In this document: positions 56,225 through 64,000 of the stretch, one piece after another
Numbering within the stretch: position 1 is the first letter of the stretch
How the letters are laid out: each line of letters opens with the position of its first letter
Origin: Candidatus Omnitrophota bacterium
GTDB taxonomy: Bacteria > Omnitrophota > Gorgyraeia > Duberdicusellales > 4484-171
Direction of reading: 5' to 3'
NCBI GenBank assembly: GCA_021735655.1
Contig: JAIPGM010000008.1
Location: 5,922 to 69,921 of the forward strand
Length of the DNA stretch: 64,000 bases
Notes under the pieces: model-generated
Told to the model about the DNA's origin: nothing
Seen by the model: the letters and a program-made list of their open reading frames with translations, nothing else
Databases searched by the model: none
Made by a program: the position numbers and the translations under genes

Positions 56225-57952
56225 ATGGAGTATTTAGCTTTTGCTTTAAAATATCGGCCGCAAAACTTTGAACAAGTTATCGGCCAAGAGCACATTGTTG
56301 TTTCTTTGCGAAACGCAATCCTAAAAGATCGAGTTTCTCACGCCTATATTTTTAGCGGTCCCCGAGGAATCGGTAAAACTTCTCTAGCCCGAATTTTTGC
56401 AAAATCTTTAAACTGTGCCGAAGGCCCAACAGCTAAGCCTTGTGGAAAGTGCCCAAGTTGTTTAGCGATTACTAAGGGTAAGTCTTTAGATATCATCGAA
56501 ATAGATGGGGCCTCAAACCGAGGCATAGACGAGATAAGAACCTTAAGAGAGAATGTAAAGCTTTCTCCGGCCGGATCAAGATATAAGATTTATATTATCG
56601 ATGAAGTTCACATGCTTACCCAAGAGGCTTTTAATGCTCTTTTAAAGACCTTGGAGGAGCCGCCGCCACATGTAAAATTTATCTTTGCAACTACCCATCC
56701 ACATAAAATATTACCAACGATTCTTTCGCGTTGTCAAAAGTTCCAGTTTAACCTTATTGCTTTAGAGAATATTGTTGCTAAGTTAAGAATAATTGCTAAA
56801 AGCGAGAAGATCAAAATTGAGGATAGTCTTTTATATACGATTGGCCGGGCCGCTGCCGGAAGTATAAGAGATGCTGAGAGCTTGTTTGATCAGCTGGCAC
56901 CGGTAGTGCTTGAGAAAGGCTCGCTCAAAGATGTTTTTTCCTTTTTAGGAATAATTGATGAGGAAAGTTTAAATAAAGCACTTAAGGCACTTTTAGATAA
57001 AGATATTGAGAGTTGTTTAGAGTTTATCGATCGATTAGCTAAAGATGGGAAAGATTTAGGAATATTTTTAAATGCTTTCATTGAACATTTACGCAATTTA
57101 CTTTTAGCTAAGGTAAGTTCGAGGACTTTTCAGGATTTAAGTGATGTTTCTCCCCAGAGTAAGGATTTTATTATTGAGCTTGCAAAGACAATTACAACTT
57201 TTGAAGTTTTAAGGGCGATTGATCTACTTATTGAAGCAAAGGATATTTCAAAGCGTCTTAACACGGTGAGAATTCCTTTGGAGTTAGCCTTAATAAGGTA
57301 TTCGCATCAAGAAGAGTCAGAAGAGGTCCAGCCTCAAGCTCCTAAAAAAATCAATAAGCCTGATTTGCCTAAGAGCAATGAGCCTCCGAACTCGACGATA
57401 GAAGGCTTAGATAGTATAGATTTTGAGGATGACGATGAACCGGTAAAGAGTAACAGCCAGGATGACAAGAAAGAAGACATAATGGATATCGATCAAGACG
57501 ATGCCCCACAGGATAATACTTTATTGCAGCCAATGTTGACTAAATGGCAGCAGATGATTGCTTATATGCAGAAAAAAAGAGCAGCCATTGCTTCGCATCT
57601 TACTTTTGCTCAGCCGATATCTTCTAAGGGTCGTTGCGTAACAATTGCTTTTTCACCGGCTGACTATTTTCATAAAGAGATCGTTGAAAGCGCTAAGAAT
57701 GTAAAGTTTATCGAAGCGGCAATTGCACATTTTATTAGTCAATCTCCGGGGGTAAAATTTATTCTTCGAGATCTTCCAGATAGACCGAAGATTAAATCGG
57801 CTCCCGATTTAGCTGAAAGCGAAAATAGTAAACAAAACACTGATGGTAGCGAAAAAGCGAAACCTTCCCAAGCAGTTTCCGGGGATGATGATGCTTTTTT
57901 AAACAATCTTTTAGATACTTTTGACGGAAAATTTCACAGTGAGGATCAATGA
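56225..57952 (+). CDS. dnaX: DNA polymerase III subunit gamma/tau
   Basis: Walker A GPRGIGKTS; zinc module CAEGPTAKPCGKCPSC; SRC sensor motif TILSRCQKF. Confidence 0.9.
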   Translation: MEYLAFALKYRPQNFEQVIGQEHIVVSLRNAILKDRVSHAYIFSGPRGIGKTSLARIFAKSLNCAEGPTAKPCGKCPSCLAITKGKSLDIIEIDGASNRGIDEIRTLRENVKLSPAGSRYKIYIIDEVHMLTQEAFNALLKTLEEPPPHVKFIFATTHPHKILPTILSRCQKFQFNLIALENIVAKLRIIAKSEKIKIEDSLLYTIGRAAAGSIRDAESLFDQLAPVVLEKGSLKDVFSFLGIIDEESLNKALKALLDKDIESCLEFIDRLAKDGKDLGIFLNAFIEHLRNLLLAKVSSRTFQDLSDVSPQSKDFIIELAKTITTFEVLRAIDLLIEAKDISKRLNTVRIPLELALIRYSHQEESEEVQPQAPKKINKPDLPKSNEPPNSTIEGLDSIDFEDDDEPVKSNSQDDKKEDIMDIDQDDAPQDNTLLQPMLTKWQQMIAYMQKKRAAIASHLTFAQPISSKGRCVTIAFSPADYFHKEIVESAKNVKFIEAAIAHFISQSPGVKFILRDLPDRPKIKSAPDLAESENSKQNTDGSEKAKPSQAVSGDDDAFLNNLLDTFDGKFHSEDQ

Positions 57953-58548
57953 GTTTTAGTAGAATTTTTAATGAGTTAGTAAAGAGCTTTTCGCGTTTTC
58001 CCGGAGTTGGCCGCCGGAGCGCTGAAAGAATAGTTTTCCATGTTTTAAAGATGAAGCCTAATGACATTAAAGAGTTAACCGAAAAAATGGAGGAGATTCA
58101 CAATCATATAAAGCCTTGTAATATGTGTAATAACTTTTCGACCAAAGATATCTGTTCAATTTGTGCCGATTCCAAACGTGAACGAGATGTTATTTGTGTG
58201 GTTGAAGAACCAAAAGATATTATGGCTATCGAGAAGACCTCGCATTACAAGGGACTTTATTACGTTCTTTTAGGTTCTTTGTCACCACTTGAGGGGATTG
58301 GTGCCGAGGATTTAAATCTACAAAAGTTAATTAATAGAGTAGAAAAAGGAGAAGTGAGGGAAGTTATTATTTCGACTGACCCTGATAATGAGGGTGAGTT
58401 AACTGCCCAATTTTTGATTCAGAAATTGTCTCCTTATAAGGTTAAAATTTACCGTATTTCAATCGGTGTTCCTTTGGGGACTCAGATTGAGTATATCGAT
58501 TCAGCTACTTTAGGCAAAGCTCTCTTAGAGCGAAGAGCCCTTACCTAA
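57949..58548 (+). CDS. recR: Recombination protein RecR
   Basis: HhH N-terminus; C4 zinc finger CNMCNNFSTKDICSICAD; Toprim ICVVEEPKD. Confidence 0.9.
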   Translation: MSFSRIFNELVKSFSRFPGVGRRSAERIVFHVLKMKPNDIKELTEKMEEIHNHIKPCNMCNNFSTKDICSICADSKRERDVICVVEEPKDIMAIEKTSHYKGLYYVLLGSLSPLEGIGAEDLNLQKLINRVEKGEVREVIISTDPDNEGELTAQFLIQKLSPYKVKIYRISIGVPLGTQIEYIDSATLGKALLERRALT

Positions 58549-58550
58549 TT

Positions 58551-59660
58551 TTATTCTAACGGCAGAGGATTATATTCACATTCAATACTTGAGAAAAAGT
58601 ATAAGGATAGGCTTTTGAAGAAAACCGCTACCGGTAAACCTATACTTAGCAGGATAATAAAAGTTAAGGCTAAAAAGGGGATGCCGACTATTATTGCATA
58701 ACCAATAAAGATAAAGCTCATTTTTAACAATAAATAAGGTATTCCAAATAATATTGCCGCAACAAGCAATAGAGGTATTAGACAAATTAAGGCCACAGCT
58801 ATGGCAATTATCGCACAAGTGATGCCTAGACCGATGAGTATTAAAATATAAAACCAGAATTCTTTTTGGTTATTTTTAAATATATTTAAGAATTTATTCC
58901 AGGCCGGTCTAAACAGACAGTTTTCTATAGCCATAATCGGTACAATAAATTGATTAATGGCTAGATAAATTAATATTAAAGAGATAATTCCGGCTATACC
59001 GATTAGCCCCGGGATTAAAAAGGTTCCGATGACTTTTCCGAAAGACCAGACGCTGTCGCTATCGGCAAGCCCGATAGTTTTGCCAGCGGCAAATATCCAG
59101 ATAACCAGTAAACCAAAAAAGACGATGCTTATTAATAGTAACAATAAAATAAATTCAAATAAGGAGTCGCCTTCTTTTTTATACTTTTTAAAAGGGCCAG
59201 CAATTGAGGCGTCATTTTTGACAATTGAGTCGAACCAGATAAATTTAAAACGTGCACTCAACCAGGCGAAAAGTATAATAAACGGTATTAGTATCAGGAA
59301 TATCATGACTAAAGTAGCCGGCTTCGGAAAGGACGATAAGGATGGTTTGTCTGCTTGGTTGTAGTGTTTTGGGTAAGAATTTTCATTATCGAAATCAAAA
59401 AATTCGTCTGCATTTTCAAAGTTTTCGAAGTCCTCAGCTCTTACTTCATAATCGTTAGCTATTAGTTCATCTTGGGCAGCTTGGGCTTTTTTTGAACGAT
59501 GGCTATTGTTGCCGCCATTGCTACCATGGCCTAAGGCACCAGCTAGAAAGGCTATAAGTAAAAGACAGAGCCATTTTTTTAAAGAAAAAGGCTGAAAAAG
59601 TATAAGTTTTGTACGATTAATACTTAAGTCAATCAGTTTACCGATACTAGCTGTGCGCAT
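58551..59660 (-). CDS. Polytopic membrane protein, unknown function
   Basis: Multiple hydrophobic helices; acidic loop DYEVRAEDFENFENADEFFDFDNE. Confidence 0.35.
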   Translation of the reverse strand: MRTASIGKLIDLSINRTKLILFQPFSLKKWLCLLLIAFLAGALGHGSNGGNNSHRSKKAQAAQDELIANDYEVRAEDFENFENADEFFDFDNENSYPKHYNQADKPSLSSFPKPATLVMIFLILIPFIILFAWLSARFKFIWFDSIVKNDASIAGPFKKYKKEGDSLFEFILLLLLISIVFFGLLVIWIFAAGKTIGLADSDSVWSFGKVIGTFLIPGLIGIAGIISLILIYLAINQFIVPIMAIENCLFRPAWNKFLNIFKNNQKEFWFYILILIGLGITCAIIAIAVALICLIPLLLVAAILFGIPYLLLKMSFIFIGYAIIVGIPFLALTFIILLSIGLPVAVFFKSLSLYFFSSIECEYNPLPLE

Positions 59661-59837
59661 TTTAACCCAGCCTTAATTGGACGATTTTTTTCTCGATCAT
59701 CTTTTTATGCTTTTGCTCTTCGTTTTCCAGAAATAAGCATAATTCCTTTAAGGCTGGATGTTCCCGGCCCATCTTGCGGTAGATTTCAATAGAGGCGGTT
59801 TCTTTTTTTAAAGCAAGATCTAAAGCTTCGATTAGTG

Positions 59838-60371
59838 TCACAGGTACCTCCTTTTTTGGAATTTGCTCATCGTTCTTATGTCTTCGATCGTATAAAAAGA
59901 TTTAGGGTTAAAGCGCATTATAATTTCAATTACTTTAGCTATGTCTTGCCGTTTGATAACGGTATAAATAATATTTACTTTTCCGGTAGCCCCTTGTCCG
60001 TCAACAGTGGTAACACCAAAGTTTTGATTTCTTAAAAATTCGATTAACTGTTTTGCATCCTTTCGGGTGATAATCCTGATTATCTGTGAGCCCAAGGCCA
60101 TTTTTTCTTCTAAAAGCATTCCTACCCAGGTCCCGGTAGCAAAGCCTCCGGCATAAGCAACGTAGCAGATAGGGTTAGAGAGGTTAAGAAATATTTGACG
60201 GATGACTAATAGCCAGATGATGACTTGTATAAAACCTAAAACCGGGGCGATGTTACGCTGGCCGCGGGAAAAGAGCAGGATCCGCATGGTATCTAAAGAC
60301 ACATCAACGATTCGGGCCAGGAAAATCAACAGCGGTAAAATTACCCATTGAAACATCAAAGGATTATCCAT
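59838..60371 (-). CDS. DUF2179/YitT-like membrane protein
   Basis: Four TM helices followed by a soluble domain (GVTTVDGQGATGK...), as in YitT/DUF2179 proteins. Confidence 0.45.
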   Translation of the reverse strand: MDNPLMFQWVILPLLIFLARIVDVSLDTMRILLFSRGQRNIAPVLGFIQVIIWLLVIRQIFLNLSNPICYVAYAGGFATGTWVGMLLEEKMALGSQIIRIITRKDAKQLIEFLRNQNFGVTTVDGQGATGKVNIIYTVIKRQDIAKVIEIIMRFNPKSFYTIEDIRTMSKFQKRRYL

Positions 60372-60615
60372 TAAAATATTATAGCATATTTCCCGAGTTT
60401 TACATCTCTGAATGAGCGTAAGCAGTTATTGACGCTTTTAGCGAAATAGGTTATAATTTATCCTCAAAAGAGAGTTCTTTAAAATCAGGCAATATCGGCG
60501 CACCTAAATATTTGTAAAATTTCTAAGAAAATTTTACAAAAGTGTGCCGATATAAGTAAATCTAAAGTTTTTATCATACACTTACTGTATTTCTAAAAAC
60601 CTAAGATTTACTAAT

Positions 60616-61018
60616 TCCCCGGTAGCTCAGTTGGTAGAGCGCATGGCTGTCAATGAGGCCGCAACTTTTAGAGCCGAAGGCGAATAAAAGCTGCATGGCC
60701 GAATTGGTTCCGCCGAGTTATGGTGAATTTCTTTCATAAATTCACCATATATTTAGCGAGGCGGAACTAAGTATGGCAGCTCTCATGAGAAATCATGAGA
60801 TGATAAGCGGGCTAATTCAGGGAACCCTAAGTCTCGTAAGAGATATGGCAATCCTGAGCTAAATGTGCAAGATGAAAATCTTGCGCTAAATGTGCAGAGA
60901 CTATATACCCGCCTCCTAAAGCCAAAAGCCATGGAGATGAGATAGTCCAGTCCTTAAGGAAACTTAAGGGGTAACTGTAACCATGATGTCCGAGGTTCGA
61001 GCCCTCGCCGGGGAGCCA
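60616..61018 (+). tRNA. tRNA-Asn (anticodon GUU) interrupted by a 327-nt group I intron in the anticodon loop
   Basis: Exon 1 60616..60650 (TCCCCGGTAGCTCAGTTGGTAGAGCGCATGGCTGT); exon 2 60978..61018 (TAACCATGATGTCCGAGGTTCGAGCCCTCGCCGGGGAGCCA). Joined sequence closely matches E. coli tRNA-Asn as recalled. Intron has P/Q/R/S-like blocks (aattcagggaaccctaag; aatcctgagctaaatg; cagagactata; gagatagtccag) and terminal G. Confidence 0.75.
60651..60977 (+). ncRNA. Group I intron (self-splicing ribozyme candidate) within tRNA-Asn
   Basis: Conserved R (cAGAGACUAuA) and S (GAUAGUCCag) elements able to form P7; 5' splice site after U; 3' terminal G; P9-like hairpin ccttaagg-aaac-ttaagg; no ORF inside. 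Confidence 0.7.
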
Positions 61019-62680
61019 GTTAGACGTCTGACAGCGGATTTCTTCGCTGTCGGATTCGCATAGATCAAATAGCCCTGTGTCGGGTTGACGCCCATACAGG
61101 GCTATTTGTATTTTGGTGGGGCTTAAAACGGCTTTGTGCAGGACGAGCCTTACCATATCCTTCTGCCGATAAGGTTTTATCTTATCGAAAAGGTCGGAGA
61201 ATCGGCTCAAAGCCAATGTTACAAGCTCCTGACTTATCGATTCCCGCTCGATTTCCTTGATCATGGCCTCAAGCGAGGCTATGCCGGTTTCTATCTCTTT
61301 CCGGCGCTGGCCAAGCTCTGCAAGTTTCTCTTTCAGGAATATACTGCTGTCATCCGTGGCCATGGCAGTCCATTTATTCATTATTCCATCGGCAAAGGCC
61401 TTGACCTCGGCCAGTTCTTTTTGAAGGTGCGTTCTCCGGTATTTAAGCTGTGGTAGTTCCTTCATGAGCTTTTCATTGGTATGTTCTATCAGTTTTTGCA
61501 TAAGGCCGGAATCGGATGAGAGATATTTTATTCTCTCGATTATGATACGCTCTATCTCATCGGCCGGGAGTTTAAATCTGCAGGCTTTATCTTTGCATAC
61601 ATAGAAAAAGTATTTATTGCCACGTCTGCCTGTTCCGCAGGTTCCTTCCATCTGACCACCGCATTTACCGCACCACAAAAGCCCGCCATTAAGGATATAA
61701 GCGTGTTTTATTGTCTTTGTGCCGTTGTGTTTCGTTTTGGTGTTTTGTTTGATGAGCTTCTGGACCTTGTAGAAGGTCTCCTCATCGATTAAAGGCTCCC
61801 AGACCGCCTTGACGGTCCTGTAACGCTCTTTTTCCTGTAGCTTAGACTGATCCTGCAACCTTTTCTTTTTATTGATCTCTTTAAGCCCGATATAAGCGCA
61901 ATTGACGAGTAGTTGTTTTATAGATGATCTGCCGAATTTCTCGGGAGTGCGGAATTTGCCTCTGCGAGAGGTGTACCCTTTGGTGCGATAGCCATTATCA
62001 TTAAGGGCCCGGGCAGTTCCCATAAGCGATCCGCACTCAAGGTATTTCTTAAAGGCAAACCGCACGAGGGCCTTTTCTTTTTCGTTTACTATTGGATAAC
62101 CTTTGCGTTTTGGATCGAGGTCATATCCCAGCAAATGCCCGCCGTTCCAGAGTCCACGCTCGGCCCGGGCAAGACACGCTTCTTTATTGCGCTCGGAGGT
62201 TTGTGTCCGCTCGAATTCTGCGAGAGCCATCATTATTGTTATGAATAACTTGCCTTGAGAGGACGTGGTATCGTAGTTCTGTTTTAAGCATACGAATTCG
62301 ACATCGTATTTGGTGAGGATCTCGAAGAAGTTCAAGAAATCCCTGACTGAGCGACTTATCCGATCAAGTGCGGTACATATAACGGTATTTACCTTGCCTG
62401 ACTTGATATCTTCAAGAAGCTGGGTGAATTCGATGCTCCGGAAGGAATCTTTGCCAGATACGCCTTTCAGGATATACCGGCCGGTTTCGACCCATCGTTC
62501 CCCGCAGGCAGTGGTCTTATATTCGATATGGGCCTGCAGGCGCTGTAGCTGATTGGTAAGCGAGCCCTCGGGATTTCGGGCCTGCTTGTCGGTGCTTACC
62601 CTTATCACAAATCCGCAATTCTTTATTATCTTATCTTCCATAACAACACAACCCCTATAACAATACTTGGCACAAGTCAA
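60827..62680 (-). CDS. Large serine recombinase (integrase); 3' end reads antisense through tRNA-Asn exon 2 and intron
   Basis: N-terminal FVIRVSTDKQ with catalytic Ser; zinc ribbon CGKCGG...YVCKDKAC; coiled coil. Last ~90 codons overlap the att-like IR and tRNA, so the true C-terminus is probably shorter. Confidence 0.8.
   Translation of the reverse strand: MTCAKYCYRGCVVMEDKIIKNCGFVIRVSTDKQARNPEGSLTNQLQRLQAHIEYKTTACGERWVETGRYILKGVSGKDSFRSIEFTQLLEDIKSGKVNTVICTALDRISRSVRDFLNFFEILTKYDVEFVCLKQNYDTTSSQGKLFITIMMALAEFERTQTSERNKEACLARAERGLWNGGHLLGYDLDPKRKGYPIVNEKEKALVRFAFKKYLECGSLMGTARALNDNGYRTKGYTSRRGKFRTPEKFGRSSIKQLLVNCAYIGLKEINKKKRLQDQSKLQEKERYRTVKAVWEPLIDEETFYKVQKLIKQNTKTKHNGTKTIKHAYILNGGLLWCGKCGGQMEGTCGTGRRGNKYFFYVCKDKACRFKLPADEIERIIIERIKYLSSDSGLMQKLIEHTNEKLMKELPQLKYRRTHLQKELAEVKAFADGIMNKWTAMATDDSSIFLKEKLAELGQRRKEIETGIASLEAMIKEIERESISQELVTLALSRFSDLFDKIKPYRQKDMVRLVLHKAVLSPTKIQIALYGRQPDTGLFDLCESDSEEIRCQTSNWLPGEGSNLGHHGYSYPLSFLKDWTISSPWLLALGGGYIVSAHLAQDFHLAHLAQDCHISYET
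61061..61101. repeat. 12-bp perfect inverted repeat with 17-bp spacer (candidate recombinase att core)
   Basis: aaatagccctgt-N17-acagggctattt, 43 bp downstream of the tRNA-Asn 3' end. Confidence 0.5.
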
Positions 62681-62892
62681 GCTGAATCAAGGCCTTGTAA
62701 GGGCGATTCATCGTTTGGCTTAGTTCTATCAAGCAGGGATTCAACCCGCTTTTTCCGCTCCGGGCGTTCCTTCAAGAGACCCTGATCCTTCAAGTACTCA
62801 TATAGCCCATCGGAGAGGATGTCGATAAACGCATCTTCCCACCGGGCCTTGTCTTTAATAGGTATATAGGATATCTCGATTTTCTTTTTCAT
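62677..62892 (-). CDS. Small protein immediately upstream of (overlapping) the recombinase gene; possible directionality factor
   Basis: 71 aa, 4-bp overlap with the recombinase start; no motif recognised. Confidence 0.3.
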   Translation of the reverse strand: MKKKIEISYIPIKDKARWEDAFIDILSDGLYEYLKDQGLLKERPERKKRVESLLDRTKPNDESPLQGLDSA

Positions 62893-62899
62893 TTCTGCC

Positions 62900-63480
62900 T
62901 CTATTTATGTATCCCGATTATTTTTAAGATTTGTCACAAAAAAAGTGTGACAATTCGCCGAAAAAATCGGGATATATAAGTGAGCGATGTTCTCAATGTA
63001 TGTATATGCCGTTTTTTCATGATTTGTCGCGCGACATTTCGGCCTAAAAAGGCATATACATGTAATGAGCGCCCAGTATGTGTATATCCCGTTTTATCTG
63101 GATTTGTCGCACTAAAAAATAAAAATCCGGTGCGACATTTTCGCCCAAAAGGGGATATACATACGCTAGTAGTTCTTTGTCAAAGATGTTCTCTACCGCA
63201 TGTATATGCTCTTTTTCTGAAAAATGTCACAGACGGTGTGACACTTTCTTGGAAAAAGGCATATACATACTGTGGGGGCCGATTGCTCTTTCGGGTGCCA
63301 CAAGCATATATACAGATTTTATTGGCATTGTGTGACACCCTTATTAGCTACATACGAAGACTTTTGCAAAGGTGCCGACTTTTTTTCATTTTTTTAAGTT
63401 TTTTTCGGCACTTTTCGGATTTTCATCGTATGTAGCTAGTAGAGGATTATAAGCGAGCGGAATATTTTTAAAAAAAGACC
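62900..63480. repeat. Array of five nested palindromic units (outer IR GTATATGCC/GGCATATAC-type, inner IR TGTCRCA...TGYGACA)
   Basis: Each ~70-90 bp unit has an outer IR (e.g. atgtatatgccgtttttt...aaaaaggcatatacat) around an inner IR (tgtcgcgcgaca; tgtcacaaaaaaagtgtgaca; tgtcgcac...gtgcgaca; tgtcacagacggtgtgaca). Confidence 0.7.
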
Positions 63481-63540
63481 GCACACTTTGAAAGAAAAAT
63501 CTGTATATACGCAGTAGGTAAATATAGCGAAGGGTAAAAA

Positions 63541-63771
63541 ATGAAGAATAAATATTTTGAGGCAGGCAATATCTATCTTGCGATCTATCTTGTGTTCCGG
63601 GGATTTACCATGCGTGGGCTATTGGGTTCCGGAAGGTCGAAAAGGGTTTTATTCGAGGATACGCCCGAGGTTCGAGCAACCTCGGATAATTTCTTTAAGG
63701 ATTCGGATACGCAGAGGCTTTTTAACTGCTACCGCAGAGTAAAGGATTTTATATTTCAAAACGGAGTGTAA
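63541..63771 (+). CDS. Hypothetical protein (76 aa)
   Basis: ORF with plausible RBS; no motif. Confidence 0.3.
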   Translation: MKNKYFEAGNIYLAIYLVFRGFTMRGLLGSGRSKRVLFEDTPEVRATSDNFFKDSDTQRLFNCYRRVKDFIFQNGV

Positions 63772-63773
63772 AA

Positions 63774-64000
63774 ATGAGAGAGAAGAGAAGAATAGCGAGA
63801 GAATATAACGCCGAAGATACCCCTGCCCAGGTCAAGCCTATCATCGAAAAGATTATCGATAATTGCCAGGTGAATTATCGCAAGGCGCATCCCACCCAGG
63901 GTGAAATACTTACACGATACTGCGAAAAAGAAATAACAGACTATTATCGTGATCAGCAAGGCAACTCCTTTATAGTGCTCCCTATCGATAATCATCTGGA
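63774..64000 (+). CDS. Hypothetical protein, N-terminal fragment (runs off window)
   Basis: ATG at 63774, open to the window end; basic N-terminus MREKRRIAREY. Confidence 0.3.
   Translation, partial: MREKRRIAREYNAEDTPAQVKPIIEKIIDNCQVNYRKAHPTQGEILTRYCEKEITDYYRDQQGNSFIVLPIDNHL

Noticed and set aside
60616-60660. Reading the 5' part of the tRNA at 60616 as tRNA-Asp(GUC)
   Set aside because: The 3' side of the anticodon stem does not pair in the uninterrupted sequence. Splicing out 60651..60977 restores a canonical tRNA-Asn(GUU), so the GUC reading is an artefact of ignoring the intron.
62900-63480. Palindromic repeat array as a CRISPR array
   Set aside because: Units are inverted (palindromic) and non-identical, with no uniform direct repeats or spacers and no cas genes.

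Overview
This is a 64 kb, AT-rich, gene-dense bacterial segment with almost no non-coding gaps. Many prepilin-type N-terminal-methylation (pilin-like) genes and a c-di-GMP-heavy signalling repertoire fit an uncultivated lineage such as Omnitrophota; this is inference, not searched.

Broad layout:
- 1-34.6 kb: + strand core block. It holds PilZ proteins, a CheY-like response regulator, rlmB, a GT4 glycosyltransferase, a HAD hydrolase, an outer-membrane beta-barrel, a Wza-like exporter and a LOG-family protein.
- 17.8-30.7 kb: a dissociated type II FAS/PKS-like lipid cluster, the best candidate for an undescribed system. It encodes a PlsC-like acyltransferase, a SRPBCC domain fused to a cyanobacterial-type acyl-ACP reductase (AAR) homologue, an extended SDR, two FabZ-like dehydratases, FabG, a catalytically dead CLF-like KS, an ACP, two active KS and a CrtI-like FAD oxidoreductase. 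Two histidine kinase/receiver pairs and a GAF-HD-GYP are interleaved.
- 34.6-43.3 kb: an integrative element at tRNA-Ser(GGA). A large serine recombinase is bracketed by a perfect 32-bp inverted repeat. A second ~190-bp inverted-repeat pair flanks a 6.5 kb cargo island with defense-like genes: a ClpP/SppA-like protease fused to zinc ribbons, a HEPN-like protein with a zinc-ribbon partner, a membrane Mrr-cat nuclease and an XRE regulator.
- 43.3-52.9 kb: a pilin-like multigene family, tadA and a degenerate GGDEF-HD-GYP. A promoter plus tRNA-Ser(GCU) 5'-half unit is duplicated twice upstream of the intact tRNA.
- 52.9-60.6 kb: CaCA antiporter, LemA, an M48-like peptidase, dnaX and recR.
- 60.6-64 kb: tRNA-Asn(GUU) interrupted by a 327-nt group I intron in the anticodon loop. 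A second large serine recombinase reads antisense through it. This element also carries an array of five nested palindromes and runs off the window.

All functional calls rest on motifs read from the translations and on recalled family knowledge. No database searches were run.
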